DNA from: Thermoplasmatota archaeon
Lineage (GTDB): Archaea > Thermoplasmatota > JAKEGO01
DNA: 64,000 nucleotides
Assembly: GCA_028279595.1 (NCBI GenBank)
Contig: JANQNK010000001.1
Coordinates: 1 to 64,000 of the forward strand
Direction: 5' to 3'
Positions 1-8,853 of this stretch are shown here, in pieces (position 1 is the first letter of the stretch; each line of letters begins with the position of its first letter). The translations under genes were made by a program, and so were the position numbers. Under the pieces are notes generated by a model. It worked only from the letters and a program-made list of their open reading frames with translations. It was not told the origin of the DNA and did no database searches.

Positions 1-165
1 GACCAAGGGGCGAAGTCGATTCCTGGCGCCGAATCAAAGTACTTGGGTTGAAGTGGAATGGTCCCCTCTCTTGGCAACGATAGATCGTGAAGAAGCTTCT
101 TCGGTCGACTTCGTTCCACATTTTGTAAATGTGGATTAGTGTAAACCTGTTAAGGAGAAACATTG

Positions 166-3100
166 TCACTCATGTTTCCTCAGATTCACGAAAATAATTG
201 TTGTTAAAGAAAGAAGAATTATTCCGTAATCGGGAATCCCTGTCGCGCCATTAGATTTCCGTTTGATAACTGTCACATCAATTTTTCTTTCAATGGTCGT
301 ACCACTTTCGACAACAGCGCGAATCGTGAACTCGCCTTCGTTTCTGAGGTCGGTACTGAACTGAAGTGAGATTGAACCGTTAAGGTTCATCGTGACATTA
401 TCGACCTCTTCATCATTAATGAGCACCGTGATTTTACCATTATTCCAGTAGTAGGATTGCTCTATAAGAACGAATATTAGCAATGAGGAATCTTCAATAG
501 TAGGATTTGCATTAACTCTCAAGGTCATTGTTAGAACGCCCTGGTTCCCGGTGAAGGGATATCTATCTGTAACATTATTCGAACTGTTGATTATGTATGG
601 TTCTTCACCGATACCATCAAGGTTGACGTCCTGACCATCGTAATTCGACCACCAATTGCCTTCTGACACATTGTCGTCCCAAATGTTAAATGAGTTTTCA
701 TCATGCGCGAGTGGTAGAGTTCCGTTTCCACCGGTAATCGTATTATGATGAATGTAATTGAATTGGCATCCTTGTCTAATCATGATAGCGTATTTCGTTG
801 AATCTGTGAACGAATTCCAGCGAATCTGATTGTATTCCGTGGCTTTTTCACTTCCATACATGTAAACGCCGTACTTGTTGTCGACGAACTCGTTATATTC
901 GATTATGTTATCTGTTGAATTAGTGTTTATCAGGACTCCATCGACGCAATCAATGAACTCGCAGTTTACGATTTTATTATCATGTGATCCGACGAGCTCA
1001 ATGCCGACTGAATTACCCGACACCGAGACGCTTGAAATGATTGAATCATTCGTATATGCAAGGTCTATCGCCTTCGTCGTGTTTGAGAAGGTAAGACCAT
1101 TGCTTGTCATATCAGAGCAGTTCGCGATTATGACCTGTCCCGCATCGGAAGGTACAGTGATGCTTGAGGTATTGGCGTAATAGTAAACTGGATTACCGTT
1201 AACCGTGTTCGATGTCGAGATGTTATGAGAATTCCAATGATCGAGAGAATCACCAGCGATATTAATCCCGCAACCGGTGAATTTGTTGTCACGCAGCGTG
1301 ATATTCCTTGGATTGAAGAATGACACACCAGCTTCGTTTGATTTGATAGTGTTACCTTCGATGATCGAGTGATCACCCGTCACGATGATACCGAGCGGAT
1401 TGTATGAGCATTCATTCTCGATCAATTCAGATCTCATGCCTCCGGATAGACCACAGTAGTAGTTGTATGAACATTGTGTATTCTTAATCCAGCTTCCTGT
1501 TCCTGAATCCAGGAAACCGTAGTAATTATAATCACATACATTGTCCCTTGCCATTAAATCTTCCGTATCGTGAACATAGATACCGTACCAATCATTGAAA
1601 GAGCAGTTGTTGTCAACGATAGTGGTTCTGTATGATAATCTGGAATGGATACCCCATTGACATTCCGATATTGAGTTCTTCCAGTAAGTACAGTTTTCAG
1701 TTTCGAAATCATATATCCCTATAAGATTCTCAGAACAATTATTACGTTCAATAAGGCAATCAGCAACACCGAATACACCGATACCTGTACTCTCTGGCGC
1801 ATTCGAACTGTTCGAAACGTGGAATCCATTAAAAATACAATATTCAGCCACGATTCTCACAACATCTCCTCGACCTTGACCGTTAATGAGTGTTGAAACA
1901 GAACCGTTTCCTATGATTTCCAAAGTTCTATTGACGATAATATTCTCATAATAGATTCCATCATAGACAAGGATCGTATCCCAGTCGATTGAACAGTTTA
2001 TTGCATCTTGTATCGAATGGAAATCTACCCAAGCTCCTTCATCATCATCAACGATCCAAGTTATTGGGCGACGCCCAAATGGCTCAATCAACGGATAATA
2101 ATCAATTGCACTTGAATTTCCCAGAATATAATAGGGTTCATCTGCAATTCCATCGCGATTACTGTCAATATTGCTATGATCCGACCAGTAATTTCCGATG
2201 TTCGAATTATTCCACACAATCGCCGTACCATTGCAAAACGCTTGAATCGAGTTGTTTATGAATGCATTATTGATGACTTCACAATTGTATGAATAGCCAT
2301 TGATTTTTATTCCATATTCAGAACTATTACTGATCGTATTATCATGAATCTCGATATGATATATTCTATGTTCTTGATATATGTAGGAATCTAAGTAAAT
2401 TCCAGAGCGATTTGAATTAACAATAATATTCTCCCCTATTGAGATGTTAGAGCTTCCAAAACTAAGTTGGATACCATAACTAATAAAATTTGATATTCGA
2501 TTAGATATTAAGGAAATATCTGATGAACTTTGAACTCTAAAACCATAATATCCGCGTATATAATCTCGGTCATTTAATATTGTATTATTCTTGACAGAAA
2601 TATTCGTACATTCCCACAAATTAATCCCACTGTGGTGATTTTTAATGGTGTTATCGGCAACGAGAACATTTTCAGAACTAAGAGCTAACCCATTATTCTG
2701 ACTATTTCTAATATTGTTATTAATAAACTGAGAATTCACTAACTCCAATCTAGCTCCGTGATGGGAATTATTGTAGATATTGCATTGTGAAATAATTGAA
2801 TCTCGGCCGCGTAATAATATTCCATCCTCTTCATTTAAATATGCACTACAATTATCAATAGTAATATTCGAATTGGGCCAGTAAGACAGGATGCCCCAGC
2901 GGCTAAAAGAAAAATCGGATGAGTTGATATATACATTACTACAATTTTCTAGGTAAAGAGCCGCGTCACCGTTTTCCGTGAAAGTACAATTATTTATTGA
3001 GATATTACTGCAACCTGAAAGGCTGGCTCCATTTCCATCATTGGAGTATCTATTACCATTTGAGTGAATACTGCTGAGACTCAAATTGACATTTGAAGAA

Positions 3101-3573
3101 TTAATAATGCGAAGGCCCGTAAAATTGGAGTTTAATATTTCACAGCTATTAATACTCACTTTTGTGGAGTTTTTTATGAGGATCGTTGGACGTTGCCAAT
3201 ATTTTGCACCACCCTTTTGAACTGACATGCTTTCCATTGTAACTTCTACGCCATTAATTGTTAGGATCATTTGATTTCCAATTCCGACAATAAATGTATT
3301 TGTAGTTCCATTCCCAATAAAATGGAGACTTGTATTAATGATGTTATCTTCTTTGTATTGACCACTAAATATTCGAATAGTATCATTATTGTCTGCTACG
3401 TCGATTGCATCACCTATCGAGTTGAAGTCTGCCCAAGATCCAAGATCGTCGTCAACAACCCACATAGTAGCCGTGGCGCTGACTGAAATCATTAGAAGGA
3501 GGATTGTTGAATATATAACCATCATCAATATTTGTAATATCAATGGTTCTTGCCGACTTCTTAACATAAACAC
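166..3573 (-). CDS. Secreted parallel beta-helix (NosD/PbH1-type) surface protein, two tandem beta-helix modules, Ig-like domain, C-terminal IPDY-TM-basic anchor
   Basis: Hydrophobic N-terminus; two modules starting WVVDDDLGSWADFNSIGDAI and WIVDDDEGAWVDFHSIQDAI; Asn/Gly/Ile-rich repeats; GNxWSD..DGI.D.PY caps; tail IPDYGIILLSLTTIIFVNLRKHE. AT-rich. True start may be a slightly downstream Met. Confidence 0.85.
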   Translation of the reverse strand: MFMLRSRQEPLILQILMMVIYSTILLLMISVSATATMWVVDDDLGSWADFNSIGDAIDVADNNDTIRIFSGQYKEDNIINTSLHFIGNGTTNTFIVGIGNQMILTINGVEVTMESMSVQKGGAKYWQRPTILIKNSTKVSINSCEILNSNFTGLRIINSSNVNLSLSSIHSNGNRYSNDGNGASLSGCSNISINNCTFTENGDAALYLENCSNVYINSSDFSFSRWGILSYWPNSNITIDNCSAYLNEEDGILLRGRDSIISQCNIYNNSHHGARLELVNSQFINNNIRNSQNNGLALSSENVLVADNTIKNHHSGINLWECTNISVKNNTILNDRDYIRGYYGFRVQSSSDISLISNRISNFISYGIQLSFGSSNISIGENIIVNSNRSGIYLDSYIYQEHRIYHIEIHDNTISNSSEYGIKINGYSYNCEVINNAFINNSIQAFCNGTAIVWNNSNIGNYWSDHSNIDSNRDGIADEPYYILGNSSAIDYYPLIEPFGRRPITWIVDDDEGAWVDFHSIQDAINCSIDWDTILVYDGIYYENIIVNRTLEIIGNGSVSTLINGQGRGDVVRIVAEYCIFNGFHVSNSSNAPESTGIGVFGVADCLIERNNCSENLIGIYDFETENCTYWKNSISECQWGIHSRLSYRTTIVDNNCSFNDWYGIYVHDTEDLMARDNVCDYNYYGFLDSGTGSWIKNTQCSYNYYCGLSGGMRSELIENECSYNPLGIIVTGDHSIIEGNTIKSNEAGVSFFNPRNITLRDNKFTGCGINIAGDSLDHWNSHNISTSNTVNGNPVYYYANTSSITVPSDAGQVIIANCSDMTSNGLTFSNTTKAIDLAYTNDSIISSVSVSGNSVGIELVGSHDNKIVNCEFIDCVDGVLINTNSTDNIIEYNEFVDNKYGVYMYGSEKATEYNQIRWNSFTDSTKYAIMIRQGCQFNYIHHNTITGGNGTLPLAHDENSFNIWDDNVSEGNWWSNYDGQDVNLDGIGEEPYIINSSNNVTDRYPFTGNQGVLTMTLRVNANPTIEDSSLLIFVLIEQSYYWNNGKITVLINDEEVDNVTMNLNGSISLQFSTDLRNEGEFTIRAVVESGTTIERKIDVTVIKRKSNGATGIPDYGIILLSLTTIIFVNLRKHE

Positions 3574-3697
3574 ACTCTACCTCTGGCACATATATATGAT
3601 TTCTCACCCAAATTTCCTGTTACTGCATATGATCACAAATCTCTAGATGTGGGTCGACATACATTATTATCATCTTATCTTGCCCACATGACATCAA

Positions 3698-6628
3698 TTA
3701 CGGTGTATATTGTGGGTCTGGAGATTTTTTCGGATTATTATCATCTTCATTTCCAATTGAATATATACCATCCCCATCGTAATCATTCCACCAATTACCG
3801 TTAGTGCCGTCGTCCCAGGAATTCAATGAACCATCATCATCTGCTTGATCTTCAGTTGATGTGCTTCCATCACCATTATCGACAAAGTTATTATAGTGAA
3901 TTAAAGTGCCCCCAGTTCCACTGCCCAGTGATACACCATAATCATCGTTTGAATCAAATGTGTTGTACCAAAGTACATTATCATCAGCATTCGTACCCCA
4001 GATATAAATTCCGTAGTTGTTGTTTCCGGTATTATCTCCCTCGTCGTTACTGCCTGCTCCATTTATATCATTTAGAATCAAATAATTATTATCACCACCG
4101 GAGGTCAACCAGACGTTGTGTGAATAGCTATTTGCGATGATGTTTGCAATAATCAAATGATTAAAGCAAGCATTTGAATGGTAAAATCCACTCTCGGTAG
4201 CGGCATCCCCATTTTGTGAGATGTTATTATTAATTATCTTTATTGAATCACTGTCAATAAAAATAATTCCGTGATCATCATTGTACGAACAGTCGTTATT
4301 CAAGAGCCAATTATGATCAGCGTGATCCACCTTCATTCCTGCTTTTGAGTTGTCCGAACAATCGTTTAAGATTACATTGTTGTATTCCGAGTAACTAGTG
4401 CCACTTGCATCATCAATATAAATCCCGTATTTATTCTGGTTTTCATTTTGTTTATACAGACTATTAAGAGCAATGATATTATATCCTGCGTCACTTCCAA
4501 GATATATACCGCTTCCTTCACCTTGGTTTGCACCGTTGTCGTAGCAAGTATTGAGGATTACAGTATTTCGACGACAGTAGTCACTATTTGGATTAACGCT
4601 CCCAAGCCGTATACCATGTTGATCGTTTCCGTATACAGTATTACCTTGAATAATATTCCAGATAGTTGAGTCGTCGTCAAATTCAATCCGGATTCCAACA
4701 TGACTATTATCATAGCAAGTGTTGTCAATCACAATATTTCGGTCTACGTTCTTAAGATCAATTCCAAATTTACTTGAATTCATTTCGTTACCGTAAATGA
4801 TGCAATCGTTTTTCAAGCTGGTAAGTGCATGATAATTTGAACCGCTGCTGGTGATCTTAAATCCGGCGATAACACAATTAATTTGATTAAGTATGATCGG
4901 TTCTCCGATTCTTGCTGGATTTTCGGAATCGATCATGACATATTCATTTGCACCGGTCCCTTCGGGTCGTGCGAACAATCTTTCGGTATTGTTAAGCCAA
5001 ATCGGAAATGTCTCAATATTCGGATTCGAATTATCGTACTTACCCCAATCCACGGCTATGACCTTATCATTCCATCCGACAGCAGCAGTAAGTCGTTTGT
5101 ACGGATTAGCATATGTGCCTGCAGGTCCAGATGATGTGTAGTCAGAATCAACGTAATAGAAATTCACGCCCGAAGTAAGTGGATTCGGTGCGTTCTCTCC
5201 AAGACCATAAATATATTCGCTATCACCCCAGTAATTACCCCATGTATCCGTTTCTCCCCAGGTATTAGTGCCATTAGAACAATAATCATACGCGTTCCCA
5301 TCAGCATTTTGAAGAAAATTATTACATTTAGATGGTGCACCAGAATTACCGATGAGAGCTTTCGCATCTGAGATATATATCCCATAATCTTCGTTCCATA
5401 GAAAACTCGAACTCTCAACAACAACGTTATAGTTTGTTCCGTCATCATCAGCATCAATATATAATCCATCCTCACCACAATGATATAATACACAATCTTC
5501 AATTTCATAATCATATGAAGTATTCACACTGTTGCCGATATCAATTCCATTATAAGCAGCATCGAGAATATTGCATGAAGTTATGTCGATGTCATCACAA
5601 TTTGAGAGAGATATCCCATCATCACCAACATTCATAATATTACAATCAGTAACTCGACTCGTAATATCGATCGAGTCTGTTGACGATAGATGTATTCCAT
5701 TGTTATTGACGTTTGAAATATTACATTTAATAATTTTAAAATCTGAGCAGTCCCCGAGATAAATTCCATGGGCGCTTTGAGTGCTTGTTTCCTCAGATAT
5801 ATGACATTTGACTATTTTAATTTCATCAACATTTGAACAATAAATTTGATCATAAATATTATTTGAGATTGGACTTTCATCAATTAGGTAGTTCGTGCCA
5901 CCTTCAATCCTAATTCCGTTTCCATTATTTTCAAATACATAAGTATGGAATATTTTGATGTAATCTGAATAACTTGAAGAATAATCGTCAATTTCAATAC
6001 CATTATCACCGTTTGCAAATATGAAACAATCTTTTATATCTGTATAGTCGGAAGAGAGTCCATTCACATTTCTGAACCGTATTCCATCATGATCATTATT
6101 AAATATTCGACATGATTCAATCAGAACCTTATCACATGATACTAAGTCTATCCCACGGTTGTTATTAAAGATGGCACAATTTATAATGTTGATATTCTGA
6201 ACATTTGTAAAATCAATACCAGAACTCCCTTCGTAAATTAAACACTGTGTGACATTGATATAATTTTCACTTGTAGTATCCTGATCGTTTAATAATATAC
6301 CACCACCAAAAATCGTGAATCGTTTAATTTCGACATCAGTTCGACCAGAACTGATAGTGATATCCCCATGAATATATCTTGAATTCTGATCTTCTCCATC
6401 GATTAATAGATTCTTGCTTACGGTAATATCCTCGTGATATATACCCGCCTTGACTTCTATCGTATCACCGTTATTTGTATTAACGTTATTAATTGCCTCT
6501 TGGATTGTTGTGTAATCTTCACTACCACTATCACCTACAGTCCATGTAGTTGCAGTGGAAAAACCAGCGAATCCGATTAATCCAACGAGCAATACAAATC
6601 CGATTATGCTTCTATATGCGATTTTCAT
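3698..6628 (-). CDS. Secreted parallel beta-helix repeat protein (NosD/pectin-lyase-like), no C-terminal anchor
   Basis: Signal peptide, WTVGDSGSEDYTTIQEAIN start motif, many GIxL/N-C-I-xN repeats, WDDGTNGNWWNDY cap; GAGGGGG RBS upstream; AT-rich. Confidence 0.85.
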   Translation of the reverse strand: MKIAYRSIIGFVLLVGLIGFAGFSTATTWTVGDSGSEDYTTIQEAINNVNTNNGDTIEVKAGIYHEDITVSKNLLIDGEDQNSRYIHGDITISSGRTDVEIKRFTIFGGGILLNDQDTTSENYINVTQCLIYEGSSGIDFTNVQNINIINCAIFNNNRGIDLVSCDKVLIESCRIFNNDHDGIRFRNVNGLSSDYTDIKDCFIFANGDNGIEIDDYSSSYSDYIKIFHTYVFENNGNGIRIEGGTNYLIDESPISNNIYDQIYCSNVDEIKIVKCHISEETSTQSAHGIYLGDCSDFKIIKCNISNVNNNGIHLSSTDSIDITSRVTDCNIMNVGDDGISLSNCDDIDITSCNILDAAYNGIDIGNSVNTSYDYEIEDCVLYHCGEDGLYIDADDDGTNYNVVVESSSFLWNEDYGIYISDAKALIGNSGAPSKCNNFLQNADGNAYDYCSNGTNTWGETDTWGNYWGDSEYIYGLGENAPNPLTSGVNFYYVDSDYTSSGPAGTYANPYKRLTAAVGWNDKVIAVDWGKYDNSNPNIETFPIWLNNTERLFARPEGTGANEYVMIDSENPARIGEPIILNQINCVIAGFKITSSGSNYHALTSLKNDCIIYGNEMNSSKFGIDLKNVDRNIVIDNTCYDNSHVGIRIEFDDDSTIWNIIQGNTVYGNDQHGIRLGSVNPNSDYCRRNTVILNTCYDNGANQGEGSGIYLGSDAGYNIIALNSLYKQNENQNKYGIYIDDASGTSYSEYNNVILNDCSDNSKAGMKVDHADHNWLLNNDCSYNDDHGIIFIDSDSIKIINNNISQNGDAATESGFYHSNACFNHLIIANIIANSYSHNVWLTSGGDNNYLILNDINGAGSNDEGDNTGNNNYGIYIWGTNADDNVLWYNTFDSNDDYGVSLGSGTGGTLIHYNNFVDNGDGSTSTEDQADDDGSLNSWDDGTNGNWWNDYDGDGIYSIGNEDDNNPKKSPDPQYTP

Positions 6629-6909
6629 TTAGTCCCCCTCTGATAATGAGTCCGTGAATTAGTCAATAATAAGTACTCTGACCTTTTTTTTACATGAGTT
6701 GTGAATATGATACTTAAAAGAGAAATGTCCTTACTATTAATTAATAATAATGGTATTAATAAAAATAATTTTGGAATCAAGGCACGCTCAATACATAAAT
6801 TGAACTTGGAGATCCAAAATAAATTACCCTCCATTATGATGATAAATCGTAAGAATTCTAATACAAGAAATTTACGGTCATTATTGAAGTGTCAATCAGC
6901 TTGAGTATG

Positions 6910-6931
6910 CAAATCCCGTCCGGTCCATCCT
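6910..6931 (+). repeat. tRNA-Ala 3'-end fragment (attR-like), copy 1
   Basis: CAAAT-CCCGT-CCGGTCC-A = partial T-loop, T-stem 3' strand and acceptor 3' strand with U70/A73 of archaeal tRNA-Ala; 6914-6931 is identical to 7089-7106. Confidence 0.7.
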
Positions 6932-7083
6932 CCCCACTTCAATTACACATTGTTCTAGTCGGTGGAGGAGGATGCCGGTGGGATTCTTTCAAACCTAGAC
7001 GACTTGTTCCAATACAATACAATTACCATCACAAGCCGTCAAGGCCCTCGAAAAGTGTTCAATTCCAGTTCAGGTCCTTTCCT

Positions 7084-7106
7084 GCGGGTCCCGTCCGGTC
7101 CATCCT
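7084..7106 (+). repeat. tRNA-Ala 3'-end fragment (att-like), copy 2
   Basis: 18-bp exact direct repeat TCCCGTCCGGTCCATCCT, preceded by GCGGG, which can pair with CCCGT as a T-stem. Confidence 0.65.
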
Positions 7107-7140
7107 TAATTATTAATACTGATGAGTCCGAATAGAAATC

Positions 7141-8853
7141 ATGGGGATCGAACGAGCCTTAGTATATTCATTCTTAGCGTGTGTATTCATCGCTCTTGTT
7201 TTAACGAGCGCTTCGGGAGCTACAATTATCGTCGATCGCGATTGGCCTGGGGCGGATTTCGACAATCTTCAGATGGCCGTCAACGCTGCAGAACCGGGTG
7301 ATACTGTCCGGGTACATGATGGGACCCATAACGGCTCGCTCCATGTGAACAAGACCGTGTCCATCATCGGGAATGGCACCAACACGATCATCAGGCAGAA
7401 GGCCACGGACTATTACCCTGTGATCTCTGCTGATGGATGCAGGCTGTCCAACGTTCGGATCGTTCAAGACGTCTACGACACCGGTATCGAGGTCAGCGCT
7501 AATGATATAATGATCGATAATGTGACCGTGAATGCTTATTACAATGGCATTCACGTCATCGATTCAACGAACGTATCGTTATTTCACGTCACGGGTCAAG
7601 TCCATGATGAGCGCGATCACTACAACATCTTGTTCGAACATTCGATGGATTGCACGGTCAGATGGAATCACCCCGAAGAAGGCCAAGAGTACAACATCGG
7701 AGCGATCGATCCTTATGGAAACGGATCAAAGAGGATCCGTATCGCGGATATTACCGGCAACGTAACCATGGAGGGCTCAGAGAACATCACGATCGAAAGG
7801 ATCGTCGGCAGAGTCGATGTTGAGAAATCCGATGACGGCATCATCACGGGGATCACAAACGGGATAGATGTCGATGAATCGAGTGGGATGATCATAAAGA
7901 ACAATACACTCGCAATGAGATCAGGGATCTCTGTCAGTCGATCGGAGAACTGTACGATACGCGGCAACTCGATTAGTGGCGGTCAAACTGGGCTCTACGC
8001 CGGCGGCAATAACATATCGATCTCCAATAACAGCATTCGTTGGAATGAATATGGGATCAATGTCAATTCTTTGACCAATTCGATCATCGAGAACAACACC
8101 ATAACCGGAGTCGATAAGGGCATTCATGGTGGATACTGGTCCAACTATGGGAATCATAAGGTCATCATCAGGAACAACCTTATCGAAGCCGATCAGGCAG
8201 GAATTCGATCGATGAACGACGGACAGATAATCAACAATACGATGATCAATTGTGGTCTTGTCGTCTGTGGTGGAGATCAATCGGTGATCGAAGATAACAC
8301 AATGAACGGTCTACCAATCGTTTACTGGTACGACAGAGAAGCAGGACTTTTCACTGGAAAGGTCGGTCAAGCCATCCTTTACCTCTGCCGAAATGTCACT
8401 GTTGCTGGCGTCATCGCTAACGACGGATCGTCGGGCATAGAGATCGATATGTGCTGGAACCTCACAATAGATGGAAACAAAGCATGGGGGAACAGCCTGT
8501 ATGGAATTCGAATAGCCAACTCTTACAAATGCACGATAGCCAGTAATCACCTCAGCAATAATGGTAGGCATGGATTGTTCTTAGTCAGACTAAAACTGAG
8601 CTCTGTCACGAATAATGATATCAATCACAATGATGGATATGGGATCTTCAATACCTACTCATGCGAAGAGGTTACATATTCTGGCAACGATTTCAGGAGC
8701 AATGGCATCGCAGGTTACCTGCACGAACCCGCCGCCGACGACCCTCATGAAATCACCGTCGAGGACGGGATCGTCGCAACTATCATCGCCATCATAGTGA
8801 TCAACGTGATCATCGTCCACTTCTACAGCGAGTCGAACAGGTCAAAGCGTTGA
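7141..8853 (+). CDS. Membrane-anchored parallel beta-helix (NosD-like) protein
   Basis: Signal peptide, IIVDRDWPGADFDNLQMAVNAA motif, beta-helix repeats, C-terminal TM helix plus basic tail; intermediate GC. Confidence 0.85.
   Translation: MGIERALVYSFLACVFIALVLTSASGATIIVDRDWPGADFDNLQMAVNAAEPGDTVRVHDGTHNGSLHVNKTVSIIGNGTNTIIRQKATDYYPVISADGCRLSNVRIVQDVYDTGIEVSANDIMIDNVTVNAYYNGIHVIDSTNVSLFHVTGQVHDERDHYNILFEHSMDCTVRWNHPEEGQEYNIGAIDPYGNGSKRIRIADITGNVTMEGSENITIERIVGRVDVEKSDDGIITGITNGIDVDESSGMIIKNNTLAMRSGISVSRSENCTIRGNSISGGQTGLYAGGNNISISNNSIRWNEYGINVNSLTNSIIENNTITGVDKGIHGGYWSNYGNHKVIIRNNLIEADQAGIRSMNDGQIINNTMINCGLVVCGGDQSVIEDNTMNGLPIVYWYDREAGLFTGKVGQAILYLCRNVTVAGVIANDGSSGIEIDMCWNLTIDGNKAWGNSLYGIRIANSYKCTIASNHLSNNGRHGLFLVRLKLSSVTNNDINHNDGYGIFNTYSCEEVTYSGNDFRSNGIAGYLHEPAADDPHEITVEDGIVATIIAIIVINVIIVHFYSESNRSKR

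Larger units (their letters stand above)
1..6931. mobile_element. Right end of an AT-rich genomic island probably integrated at a tRNA-Ala gene (left end outside window)
   Basis: Marked AT richness versus the GC-rich backbone, ending at a tRNA-Ala 3'-end fragment. No integrase is visible in the window. Confidence 0.55.

Noticed and set aside
1-80. Possible tRNA (CCAAGGGG...CCCCTCTCTTGGCA)
   Set aside because: No T-loop (TTCRAAT) or D-loop consensus and no cloverleaf on either strand.
6625-7116. Short ORFs 6625..6834, 6701..6904 and 6889..7116
   Set aside because: Low-complexity translations of AT-rich promoter and att DNA with no recognisable motifs.
7119-7155. CTGATGAGTCC resembles a hammerhead ribozyme core
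   Set aside because: No correctly placed GGAC-GAAA or stems I/III; it lies between a TATA box and the ATG of the next gene.
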